Positions 1-15,300 of a DNA stretch of 27,655 bases are shown in pieces. How positions within the stretch are numbered: the stretch's first letter is position 1; each line of letters begins with the position of its first letter. The stretch lies in NCBI RefSeq assembly GCF_001949145.1, contig NW_019091356.1, forward strand, positions 708,938-736,592. The letters run 5' to 3'. Both the position numbers and the translations under genes were made by a program. Source of the stretch: Acanthaster planci. Lineage: Eukaryota. Under the pieces are notes generated by a model. It did not search any database. It saw only the letters and a program-made list of their open reading frames with translations, and was not told the origin of the DNA.

Positions 1-2017
1 CTAAAAGCATCCAAATTCTTTAACATAAAAATGCCTTCAAAGGTTTCTAAAAATTTGTTTTACACATACAAATTTCTCAGTAAAACAGGTTACATCTCCA
101 AAAGAAACAGTGATGTATATTTTAGGTAGCATAAAACAGAGGGAATGAAACAACATGCTAATTAGCTAACAATATTTTTGCCAATTATATTACTGTCAAT
201 GTTGATTTTGTAAATTTAGTTATATTAAGCAAAACTCTGATAAATGGATAAATCTGTCCTTACAGTGAAGTTACGGCAATGAAAGAAAAAATCTATTTGA
301 AATCTCTCTTATTGTTTAAGCTGAAAAAAATTGACTCCATATTTTTAACTTCAGTACTTTCAAAAGGTTTTTTGTGTAAATGTTCATCATTAAAAAGACA
401 CATTACTATAAAAAAAAAGCAATTTCAACATCCTTTGAATGGTTTCATTGTGCTTACAAATAATTATAACATTAAATGTTTCATATCTTAGTTTTGGGTA
501 AAAATTTCTTGCCACGCTGCCTGCTACATACATAAGTACATGTAGTCATACCATGCTTTGTTTAAATACATATTCGTATCAAGTGAAAAAAAAATTATGA
601 AAATTTGAAAAAAGAAATGTCCTCGTGGCTGCAACAAATATCTTCATTTTCTGTCCTTTTCTTTTCTCCTTTTTTCTATCTCATTTTCCTTCAAATAAAA
701 CAGCAAGAAATAGGGGGAAAGGGAAATTTTAGCATAATCTAGAGTGTGAAGAGACTGCAAAATGTAGCAACATTTCAGCTCCTATGAAACTTTGGGGTAA
801 AAGTAGTAAGAAAATTCAGATGGTCTTTTTCTGATATGAGACAAAACATACTAGAAGCAATCAAATCCCTAATAATAATGACCAAATATGCCTGCTACAC
901 AACAGTCCATCATCTGATGCTGACTCTCATGCAGGCTTTTGGGGTAAAAACAGCAACAACAAAACTTTCTGGTGCAAATGATAAAATAAATTCATCTAGC
1001 TTGCAAAACTCACAAACATTACTTGTCATAACAAGGGACACTGTGTTGCTGTGTTTATACTGATGAACTTCATATGCATCAGATTGGCAAATTATAAGGC
1101 CATGTAACATTTGTTTGTAGGCTCAAATCCCTCAGAAGGGAAAATTTAATATCATATAAATCTGACATCTGATATATGGTACCAAAGTCAAAGGAGAGCA
1201 CAACAAGCATGAAAGCTACTAAACTTTTAAGTACCAGTCAGCTACTTCGCCTAGAGTTTGTGTCCGGAATTTGGAAAGGGTATAAATGAACCTCCAAGTT
1301 AGCTAACCAGGTTTACAGTATGCTACAAGAACAATAAAGTTCAGATAAGAGAAGACTGAATGACCGTTTGCCATCATTTACAACACTTGGCACAATATAC
1401 TAAGCTAATATGGGAGATGTCATCATTGTAAGTTGGAAGCCATAACAGCTATAGTGCACTTTGGGCATGCATCATCACATCAAAAGCTATTTTTGAGTTG
1501 TGCACACAAAACATTTCACTATTTGCACGAAGTCAATGTGACTGTGGTGTCTGCAGATTTGGAGAGGAAGTCCTCTGGAAAATACATCTTGGGGAGGAAA
1601 AAATACACCTTAACAAATATAAATGATAGCAAAAAGTTGGGGCTGGTGTGAAATTAGGGGCAGAGGGGTGGTGTGAACCTATAAATTGATTTTAAATGGC
1701 CTAAATACATACCAAGCAGTGAAAAAAGGCAACAAAATACACAAACAAAGAGCTGATTTAAACAGAAATATGCATTGCAAAAAACATTTTGTATTCCATC
1801 CGGGGCCACAAAATTCTGCCCTTACTGAAAGCAACTCAATTTATCTAAATTATGCAAAAAAGAATAAAAGTATGTCTTCATCCGTAAGGCGAGGTAGTCA
1901 TTTGTATGACGTGACTCATGAGTTTCATTACAACAGTGAGACAGTAGACAAGACACAGTGCTAACAATGAACAGCATATCAAACACCAGAGAAAGTTTAG
2001 GCAGCAACCTGCCTCCT

Positions 2018-2303
2018 GGGCCCAATTTCACGGTGCTGCTTAGCACACAATGTCACGTTAACAGAGGCTCCACGTATTTCATGGAGACAGTAAGCTGTAA
2101 GCACAGCCAAAGGCATGCTAACCTTGGGGGAAAATTTGCTTGAACTTAGTGACGTAACAATAGAAATCTCTATGCGCGTGCAACCCTTAGCACAACCATG
2201 CCAAGCACTGCCATGAAACGGTGCTTAAGGTTAGCAAATGTTTCTACTAAAATTAGCACGACTTTTTAACAGAAGTGTTAAGCAGTGCCGTTAAATTGGG
2301 CCC
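2018..2303. mobile_element. 286-bp MITE-like element with 29-bp imperfect terminal inverted repeats (Harbinger/PIF-like GGGCC termini)
   Basis: 2018-2046 gggcccaatttcacggtgctgcttagcac matches the reverse complement of 2275-2303 (gggcccaatttaacggcactgcttaacac) at 25/29. An internal inverted pair gctaacctt (2117-2125)/aaggttagc (2227-2235) is also present. The TSD is not clean and the superfamily assignment is inference. Confidence 0.7.
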
Positions 2304-2554
2304 CGATAAAATACGTCATATCCACTGTTTTCATGCTTGGCAAGGCAGCATCAGTAATGTGCACAGCTTGATATTGCATCTCCACATGTCCATTCATCTC
2401 ATGAAGGTTACTCATCTGCAATGGATCTTTCCATTCCATGTGCTTGGAGTGTAAAACCACACAGCCATGGATATGCCATCTCCAGGATCTGAAAGCCTGA
2501 TGAACCATCATCCGTGATAGCACAACAGGGTTGGAAGTATAAGACACTCAATCC

Positions 2555-6912
<4,358 letters not shown>

Positions 6913-7380
6913 ATTAACACGTGGCCAACTTTGCGACTTCATGGGAACTATGGCTCGGTGGAGGTTTCATTTTCTGTGACCATGATGACCCTTTGTCAGT
7001 TTGTTCAACTTTGCTACGTGTATATGTTCGTATGTTTATGTGTGGGCATTTTGTTTACAATCTCTACCGGTCAGCTGGCATTTTTGCCAACTTTCGCGGG
7101 AGTTTAATCACATGCCCTGTGTTCACTAACGTGATTGGTGGTTTGGTTTTGCCGCCGATGTCGTTTGGCAGAATGCGATTGGTCAGTAGTTTCACGTTAA
7201 AATAATTTTTGAGGATACACAATTTTCACGAATTTCCATTCAGGTAATAAGGAGAATATTTTATTCAAAATTAAATTTTTATTGATATGGCCCATAAAGT
7301 TGAATTTTATAATGATCATTTCTATTTTCAGAAAGGAAAGAACAAATAAGATTTCCCACAATTCATTGTAACTGTCCAAT
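6913..7380. promoter_or_regulatory. Bidirectional promoter/5' UTR region shared by CDK2 and CCDC12
   Basis: Only 468 bp separate the divergent start codons. The region contains an E2F-like TTTCGCGGG (7092-7100), two ATTGG/CCAAT boxes (7134-7138, 7178-7182), an Inr-like TCAGT (7183-7187) and a YY1-like AATATGGCG over the CCDC12 ATG. CpG is locally elevated. Confidence 0.75.
7244..7331 (+). other. Candidate 88-nt intron in the CCDC12 5' UTR
   Basis: Donor CAG|gtaata at 7244, an AT-rich body and acceptor tttctattttcag| at 7331, 49 nt before the ATG. Confidence 0.5.
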
Positions 7381-10300
7381 ATGGCGACCGTTGGATCGAT
7401 GCAAGAGGAAGCGATTCGGAGAAAAGAACGTTTAAAAGCACTAAGACAGAAACAGAAACCTGAACTGGAGGTACTGGACATATTTTTGTGACTTTCTTGA
7501 CTTCTAGTGTGACTTTCTGAGTTAAATAGATTTTGCAAGAATGATTTCGGGCTTTAATATCTGCGTGTTTTGCTCTTGAGTCGATATGATGTCAACAGAG
7601 GGCGCCTGGCATTTTTACTGATGATAGCATGCATATCAAGCTGCATATGATTTGCAGCTTGGCAATACCATGATTATTGTGTTGAATTTGCTTTTCACAT
7701 AAACTTTCGCAAAGAATGTTGCATTCCAACTGCACTTCAGCTTTTGTGTTCAAAAGTCTTTGGAGAGTCACTGCAGTTGTCTGCCAATTTCCTAACAGCC
7801 ATGTCGTGGTGACAATTGGACATGCTGGAGTGGAGATAGAGATCCAGATATTGACATGACAGACGTCATTATGCTAACTTTCCCATGCAGTACTTTATCA
7901 GCCATCAGAGAGTGATAAGATTTCCTAAAAAGTCTAATTTAGCTCTGAAAATGTTCGTCTGTTTCCTTAGAAAACACTTTGAATTTTGCAGACAGTCTCA
8001 TCGGGTTTGTGTACAGGGTGTCAAATAATGTCCGGATATGGATTTCTTCCCAATTTGAATCTTGGTTCCAGATTCATGTCTTTTCAGCATTCTATAACAG
8101 GCTATGCATGAGTGACCTTTGAGATGATATATGATGAAAAATGTGGAGGCAAGATGCAACGGTCGTTCTTTTTATTCTGCATATATTCATCTGTTGAAGC
8201 CAAAGAAATAACAACTCAGGGATGACAGTTTTCAGGCAGAAATCTGGTTTCAGGCTTTTTCATTCAAATTGTTGGACTTTTTTCAGACCAGAATGAGGTA
8301 TGATCAGGCTTCTCTGGCCATAATTGTTATTCTCTGAATAAGAACACAACTGGTATCCCTAACAACTTGATCCTCCGTTTCCTCAATAAAGCAACTTCTA
8401 TTCTTGCCATTGTCCTGACAAGTTACATGTTCCTGGTCATGACTGTTAACATGCATACATTATCTTCATACGTTTGTTGTTTCACAATTCTTTTTGAATT
8501 TGAAAGGATACAGAGAATACAGAGCCACCAACAAAGAAGCCTCTAACAGATGAAAACGTCACCGAAGAAAGGTACAAAAGCCAGATAAATAGATTTAGGA
8601 AAAAGAATTGGTTTGAAAGAAAGGTTTGTACACAGGGCGTCAAGCAGAGTTAGTATAAGGAACCCTGCTTGATGCCCTTTGCATAAACCTTATGAGACTG
8701 ATATGAAGAGTTTTAAGTCGTCTGTGTGAATACCTTCATATTTGGAATTATTTTCACTGCTAAGTTTGACTTTTTATGACATGTTATTACTTTCAGAAGG
8801 ATTACAGGTCTTTGCAGGGACAAATTAGTGGTGTTTGTATATCAAATTCTTTCCTAGGATTTTTCTCTCGAGCTATAGAAGTCTTGGTGTACAAAACTTG
8901 AAACTATTAGGTGCACTTTAATATATGTATTCAACTGAGGTTAACCGTATATCTACCAGATGTCCACACCCATTCAAGGAATTTGTTGGAAATTGAATCA
9001 GGGATCATTAGTGTCTCTTAATGTTTGTTTTTCTTGCCTAATTTTTGATCAGGCACAATATGCAATCAGGTTACTACAAAGAGCTAAATTGTAAGATTTT
9101 AGAAAGATCCTGGTTAAAAATAAATATGGGTCACGGTGTTAGAGTTGACCTTTAAGAAGAGTAGTCTCGGGAATGTCTGTAATGTAGTAGAATTAATTAA
9201 AGAAGATAAGGATTTTTAATGACACAATCCAACTTCATGTTCTTCACATGCAGTAAGGCAGTCTTTAAGAACTATAATCCAGCTGATGACACATTGAAGG
9301 AGAAGGTTTTACCCAAAGCAAGTCTACCATCAGGTCAGTCTGAAAATCAATTTGACACCTGTTGCATATCAGCTTACAGTATTTCAGGGTATCACCACGC
9401 CACTGACCAACAGAGATCACTGTCAATTAAACAGATGACACTTTACAAAGGTCAATATTTATAGGGATGTCTATCCTATTTAGTGGGGCTGTGTGAGCAG
9501 CTTTGCCACAAAAGAACAAAATGGAGTGTTAAATTCCTCCCCCCCTGAAAATCTGTAGGTTTGCCAGTTGGCCTTGAATGACCTCAAGCTAGAAAATATG
9601 TAAGAAGTTCTACATTGTCTCAGATGGTTTATGTGCTTCTCTGTTACAGTTGAGGAGCACATCAAGGACCAGTTAGAGGCAGCTAAGCCTGTTCCTGTAG
9701 TAGAGGAAGTTGACCTGGTTAACCTTGCCCCCAGAAAGCCTGACTGGTAAGGTCCCTGTTGCCCTGATCCAGCAAAGTGTGTAGGCATGACGGATAAACA
9801 TGAAGTGACAACAAATATAAGTGGTAAAAAGGCAGTTCTTTGGAAATTGTACCATTGCAACAAACAAAATCCTCAGTTCCAGCAGCGCTAATGAATGAGT
9901 CAAGTGCCATCATATTTTGGCTGAGGAATTGTACCTAGTTCAATTAAAATGGGGTCATCCATTACTTTGGAGAACAGACATACTTCTTGAATCAAATCGA
10001 TCTAGTAAGAATCATTATCTTCTTGAACAGGGATTTGAAAAGGGACATTACCCCCAAATTGGAAAAGCTTGAGAGGAGGACACAGAGAGCCATAGCAGAA
10101 CTTATCAGTGAGTACAAGTCATTTTCACAGCTTCCACAGCTGTCAGAATTTTGTTGTGGCATTTTGTATCAAATTATAGTCTTCCTTCGTTATTGGAAGC
10201 TTTTTTGTAACTGATGTCCGCTTAAGATGCTCCAGACCAAAAAGGACACACTGCCAATAATATATCTTTCTGGTAGTCTTCTACCAAAAAATAAATTAGG

Positions 10301-10602
10301 TTTCAGCAGCTATTTGACAAGTTCTCTAATATCATTTCTACGACAACAAAAATTAACCGTAACAGTCCTGAATCCTCCAATATTAATATGATTTTGCACA
10401 CACCCAAGGGAGTTAGGGTTAATGAATTATATCTGCCATGCATAATGTCCAATTCTTTTAATCTGCTTGAATCGTGTTGTGACCTCTTGTATTCTTTACA
10501 GGAGAAAGAATACAATCTGGCATGGCTTCAGATCTCATGACTGCAGTCAGTGCACAGCAACCACCCACAGAACCACGAGGAGATGACTCAGATGACGATT
10601 AA
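7381..10602 (+). CDS. CCDC12: Coiled-coil domain-containing protein 12 (Cwf18-family pre-mRNA splicing factor), 6 coding exons, 169 aa; join(7381..7470,8507..8571,9254..9333,9650..9746,10031..10107,10502..10602)
   Basis: Exons of 90, 65, 80, 97, 77 and 101 nt sum to 510 nt, with GT-AG introns and compatible phases. Translation: MATVGSMQEEAIRRKERLKALRQK..FKNYNPADDTLK..VEEVDLVNLAPRKPDWDLKRDITPKLEKLERRTQRAIAELIRERI..DDSDDD*. NLAPRKPDWDLKRD..LE.RTQRAIAELIRER is the recognisable CCDC12/Cwf18 signature. Confidence 0.93.
7870..8083 (-). repeat. Dispersed repeat family, copy B (inverted; CCDC12 first coding intron); boundaries approximate
   Basis: cagccatcagagagtgataagatttcctaaaaagtctaatttag and gggtttgtgtacagggtgtcaa are reverse-complement homologues of blocks in copy A. 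Confidence 0.75.
8621..8920 (+). repeat. Dispersed repeat family, copy C with a 5' fold-back hairpin (CCDC12 second coding intron)
   Basis: 8667-8850 is collinear with copy A, 8621-8651 is an inverted copy of 8661-8691, and the element ends in ...cttgaaactattaggtgcactttaa. Confidence 0.7.
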
Positions 10603-11608
10603 ACAACGAGGCTGTTCATTGGTCAACTCGGCAACTGTGTGTGCAGGAAAGCCAATGAGCTAGAGGCTTTCTTTGACTGTGAAAGTGTATGTTTACTTGT
10701 TGGTGGAAAGCAGAGCCTCATTTGCATCTGGTAAGACAGTCAGAAGTCAAGTACATTTGAGGTGAGACCATTCTTCCAATGTACAAATTTACTGCAGTAA
10801 CATGGCTTCTTGAAGTACCAAACTGAAGCAAGCTCCAAACCTCTGCACCAATTTGAACCACTGAAGACAGTACTTGGAGAGAACAAATCCTGCAAATATC
10901 TAGGACGGGATTGGTCTTTTATAAGCTGTGTTCCTGTTGAATGTTGAGAACTTAGACCTTGACCCTTTAATGTCTTGAACATGCATTATAAACTCTAAGT
11001 ATCTTATATCTGGAGATGAACTGTGCACAGGGTCTACAGTACTGAGAACAGCAGGTTTTAATGGTTTTTATGGGAATGTAGGCAAATGATGGATAGATAT
11101 GATGTTGGAATTAGGTCCAACCTCTTGACTCATCATGATAACATTACATCCTGCAAACAAGCAGCCATCGACGTAACTACTGGCACCTCAAGTATTTTCT
11201 GACCTTAACCTTGACTGCCTAGGCTCTGTCACCAGGTTTCTACTGATCCCACCCAAATTTAACTGTCCACAGAAAACTAGTGGTACTTTTTATATACTTC
11301 CAACTGATTGGATCATCACACATACCCATGCAGAGGGGCTAGGTCCTTCAGCCATTCATTGTCTAAACACTACAAACTAAGTCTTGAATTTTGATGATTG
11401 TAGCTAATGAAAGTTGTTGTCCGTTATCATCCATAAGACGAAGGAAGAGCAAAGAAAGGCACAGCTTGATTCTGTCGTACATCAAAGGCATTTTGGACCA
11501 AGAAAATCTAAGCAATGGACAAGCTTACACAGTATGGTTTAAGGGTTTAGAAAAGTCTTCATAAAAAAAATCACCACATTGTTTAGAATCCACAGCACGC
11601 ATGATATA

Positions 11609-11614
11609 TTTATT
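11609..11614 (-). terminator. Candidate polyadenylation signal (AATAAA on minus strand) of the CNBD2-like gene
   Basis: It is the first TTTATT I found below the stop at 12347. The minus-strand downstream sequence tgtggtgattttttttatg is GU/U-rich. Confidence 0.5.
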
Positions 11615-11708
11615 CATTGTGGTTGTACTTTACACTTCTTTTTAACAAAATATTCCTTTTTCTCTCTGCTTTTTTCTTCACATAAAATTATCAAACAATA
11701 TTTCCGTA

Positions 11709-11714
11709 AATAAA
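11709..11714 (+). terminator. Candidate polyadenylation signal (AATAAA) of CCDC12
   Basis: It is the first AATAAA I found downstream of the CCDC12 stop, with a GT/T-rich tract at about 11755-11790. A second AATAAA is at 11960-11965. Confidence 0.5.
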
Positions 11715-12346
11715 GCTCCCAACGCATTTGTATATAGTGTATATACATCGCAAATGTGTCTTCTTTTGAATGGTGTTCTTTTTTGTTACAGATTTCAGTT
11801 TTTCATTCATGTGAAAATTTGAAGAGTCAGTCCATCCCAATTATGAGGCCTATCATCTGGGTTGTCGTTGAAATCAGAAAAATGTAACACAGGGAAAGTA
11901 ATTTTCCCTAAGAAAGATAGACTGTGCTTCAAAGAGACATTGTACTAAAATAATTAGCAAATAAACAGGATACCAATTTTAAAACGAGGCCAGTTTTTTT
12001 GGGGGGGAGGGGCTGCAAATACCATCCTTGCCCTTATCCCTTGCAGTAGTCATATGAGAAAAGCACCATTTTCAAACATCTGTCGATCCTTGCTTTCATT
12101 TGTTAATGCTCCAGCTCATGGTCTGTCCTAAATACTTAACGATTTGTCACTGCAAACATAAGCAGATAGACCAACTGTCATACAATCTCAAGACAATTCC
12201 TATTTCTCTCCTTCAAGTATCCATTATAGCGATGATGCCAAATTCATCTTCGTAGCCCTGACTCATCCTCAGCGTGAGTAGGCCCTGTACTTACAAGCAT
12301 TATCCCCATTAGTGATGTTAAGGGTCTTTCTGTCAGACAAAGCCAA

Positions 12347-15300
12347 TTATGATTTGGCCAGTGCTCGCCATGAAAGACTTCCTGTGTAGGTTGGTTTTGT
12401 GAGTTTATCAATCTCTGGCATTTTGTATGTCTTTGTTGGGGAGGGAGTCGCCCTTGCTGTGCGTGTTCTTTGTGGTTTTTGAGGGCTTGCTGTTGTGACA
12501 CGGACAGAACAGTGCTCAGTGACAAAAGCCGAGAGGCGTTCACTTCGGGCGTCGTGACGTGTTGTCGTAGGACGACTACGTGGTTGTTGGCAAGACACTG
12601 GCCGGCTGGTAGAATAACTGGTCCTAGATATTTCACCATCTGAGAAACAGAAAATAAAACACATGAGCTGATTGGTATATGACTTTAATAGCCCTATTCA
12701 TGCTTTGTTCCACCGTTCTTTTTGATGTTCGAAAGGTTTCCAATCCAAAGTCCCTAACTGCAGCACAGACTTTACTCCCACTTCACCACTGGTGAACACA
12801 AGTTACCAGACATATTCTTCCAGGATACTGGCCAGAGGCAAAAGACTCATTGGAAATTGGTCTGCATCATTTTTTTTTGTAGGGTGTCCATCGTCAAAGC
12901 GTGCCCATAACGCAAGTTTGAAGGAAATACACTCATCGTTTTCTTAAGCAAGCTATGGAACACCTGCTACAGTTATGTACAAGTGCAGCTGGCTGGGAAT
13001 AATTCAATCACACCAGTCCATTCTTTACAAGCCCTCTACCCCATTACCCACCTCTGCTCTTACTTCTTGGCGAGCTCTTTTCATCCACCCAAGTATTTGT
13101 TATGCTGGAAATCTTTGGCATGATGTTGCTGGCAAAGCTACTGCCCAGACTGACTCCTCGCCACCTCTGATTTGGATGATTTGGCTCAGGAGTTCGTCCT
13201 AGAGTGGAGCGCAAGTCCCTAGCAAAGGTGTTTGGCGCACTCTGCGCGAAGGCATCATCCATCACGTCATGCACCACGTCATTCTTGAAGTTGGTCCAGC
13301 GGTTTTGCTTCTTGAAGCTTGTCCAGAGGAAGTGGTCACTTGGATAGGTAGGGATGAGCTCCTTGACCCGATCTAGTGTCTCCTCACAGGCGTGCTCATG
13401 GAATTTGGATATGGAGACACGAACTAACTCACAGCCAAGACTCAAGAGGGAGAACTGGGGCATCTCTCCTGAGATTCCTTCCAGACCCTTGAAAGGCAAC
13501 AACATCAAGGCTATTAATTTCACTTAAAGTTTCAACATATACCTCTGGTAAGTTGTCCTAAGGGGGTGTCCCAAAAATAAAAATGTCCTTCTCCTGTTTG
13601 CTTGCCCCCTTTGAAGCAAAGTTGTATCCCAAGCATGTACCAAGCAGAAATGGGATTATTCCATTATCTAGTTTACCTGCTGGTGACATAAGTTACCCCC
13701 CCCCACACACACACACACTAGTGTGTACCCATATGTTTTGTACATAGTTGTCAATCGGGGACCCTCTGTCAATCATGGACCTTATTGTCCTCTATTGTTC
13801 AATTTAGTCCAATTGAATGCAGAAACAAATTCACACTCACACAAAAATAGGAAGCACTATAGGACATGGAAGACGTTGATGCACCCTTTTAAGGCACTCA
13901 TCAGAGACATACTTACAAAACACTGTCCTGGCCTGAGTGAATCCACCCTGATGTACACTCCAGCCTCTACACCATCACCTTTCATAGTAGCAATGCCCAG
14001 ACTGATATGACTTGGAAGTTTATGAGGAGTACCGGGATCAGAGGATCTACCAAAGGAGACAACAGGTTGGTTCAGAGTGGGATTTGGATGCAAAGGAGTC
14101 CACTGACCAAGATCCAGTTGTAGCTCTTGTTACCAGTTTACATTTGAGGATGCACACTCAAGTCAAAGACCATTTTCTACATCTCAGTTTTTCAGTCTCC
14201 AAAATCATTTCCAGATGTGTACCGTTTGAACTCAATGTAAATGTTCCAAATGCTTGTCTCACAGTAGACAATTTTGCATTTCTAGTGCAGAATATAGTAG
14301 TTGCGTTGAATCAGATGCCCTTATCTTGGGGAGTGATGCACAAAACGTAACAAGCGTGAAGCCAAAGCCTGACACAAGTCTAAAAATATCCCTAATGAAC
14401 AAGAACCAAGTACGCTTCGTAAGGATGGGCAGGATTCAGTCTAAAAGTGAGATCTTACAAATACCAGGACTATTCTGTATAATTTATCGGCTGGGGGGTT
14501 GAATCCAGAATTCATGGTAACTCAGTTTGGAGATCACTAGGTGCAGCTTTACCTGCGTTTGTGCATAGACAAGCCACTGGTCATGGTTGATCTGGAGTAT
14601 GACTCGGATGGAATGTCCAAGTCTGACACATCCTCGGTGTACCTCACACCAGCACTCTTGCTCCGTCTCTGATTTAGCTCACCTTCGACTGCAATCTTTT
14701 CCTTGGACTTGCAATTTATCTGACCTGTTTGGATTAAATTAAAGACTTACCAGACCCATTTGGATTTTAAACAGGAGAGAGAAACATGGGTGTCTTTTCT
14801 ATACAGATAACTACAAGAGAAACCATGCAATCCCAGACAGTATCTAAGGTTTGTTGTCACCGACAGTGTTTATTTTACAACGTCCACTGTTTGTAAAAGA
14901 GCAGCACTCATCACTTTGATCCTCTTCAGTCCATCCCTGAAAGAGACTTGGGAATTTAACAGGCTGTTTGTACATCCAGGACTCCAAATCCCATCCCCTC
15001 CCCATGTGCCATCTTGAAGGTGACCCTGGAGGAGCCTCAGAGTTAAGGAACTGCTTAGAGTCCAAATCTCAAGCATCAGTCAAGTGATGAGAGCAGATCA
15101 CAATTCAAAGTCATGATGGCAAAATAATGTGTTTCCCAAAGGAGCAGCTATAAAAGACCATTTTTAAAGAGATGGCCAATGTTTAAAAACCTAGTTTTCA
15201 TAAATTGATTGGAAGTGTACAAATTTAAAGATACTTTTCATTTAATGTATGAAAGCTTTGAAGAAGTACTCTTGAAACAGACTTCCTAACCTTTTATTTT

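Noticed and set aside
279..2547. Short ORFs from the track below the CDK2 stop
   Set aside because: No recognisable motifs or coherent splice structure; consistent with AT-rich 3' UTR and repeat sequence.
7264..7269. CHR-like TTTGAA (minus strand) cell-cycle element
   Set aside because: A 6-mer in very AT-rich sequence, probably inside the CCDC12 5' UTR intron and far from the likely CDK2 TSS.
6921..7538. ORFs 6921..7205 (+) and 7197..7538 (-)
   Set aside because: Non-ATG starts; they overlap the promoter and the antisense strand of CCDC12 exon 1, with no homology recognised.
12244..12639. Alternative 131-aa frame for the last CNBD2-like exon
   Set aside because: It needs a phase-0 donor upstream; the best donor (G|gtgggt at 13052) is phase 1 and selects the 12347 frame.
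15042..15049. U12-type intron suggested by TCCTTAAC
   Set aside because: The upstream donor is gtacat, not RTATCCTT, so there is no minor-class 5' splice site.
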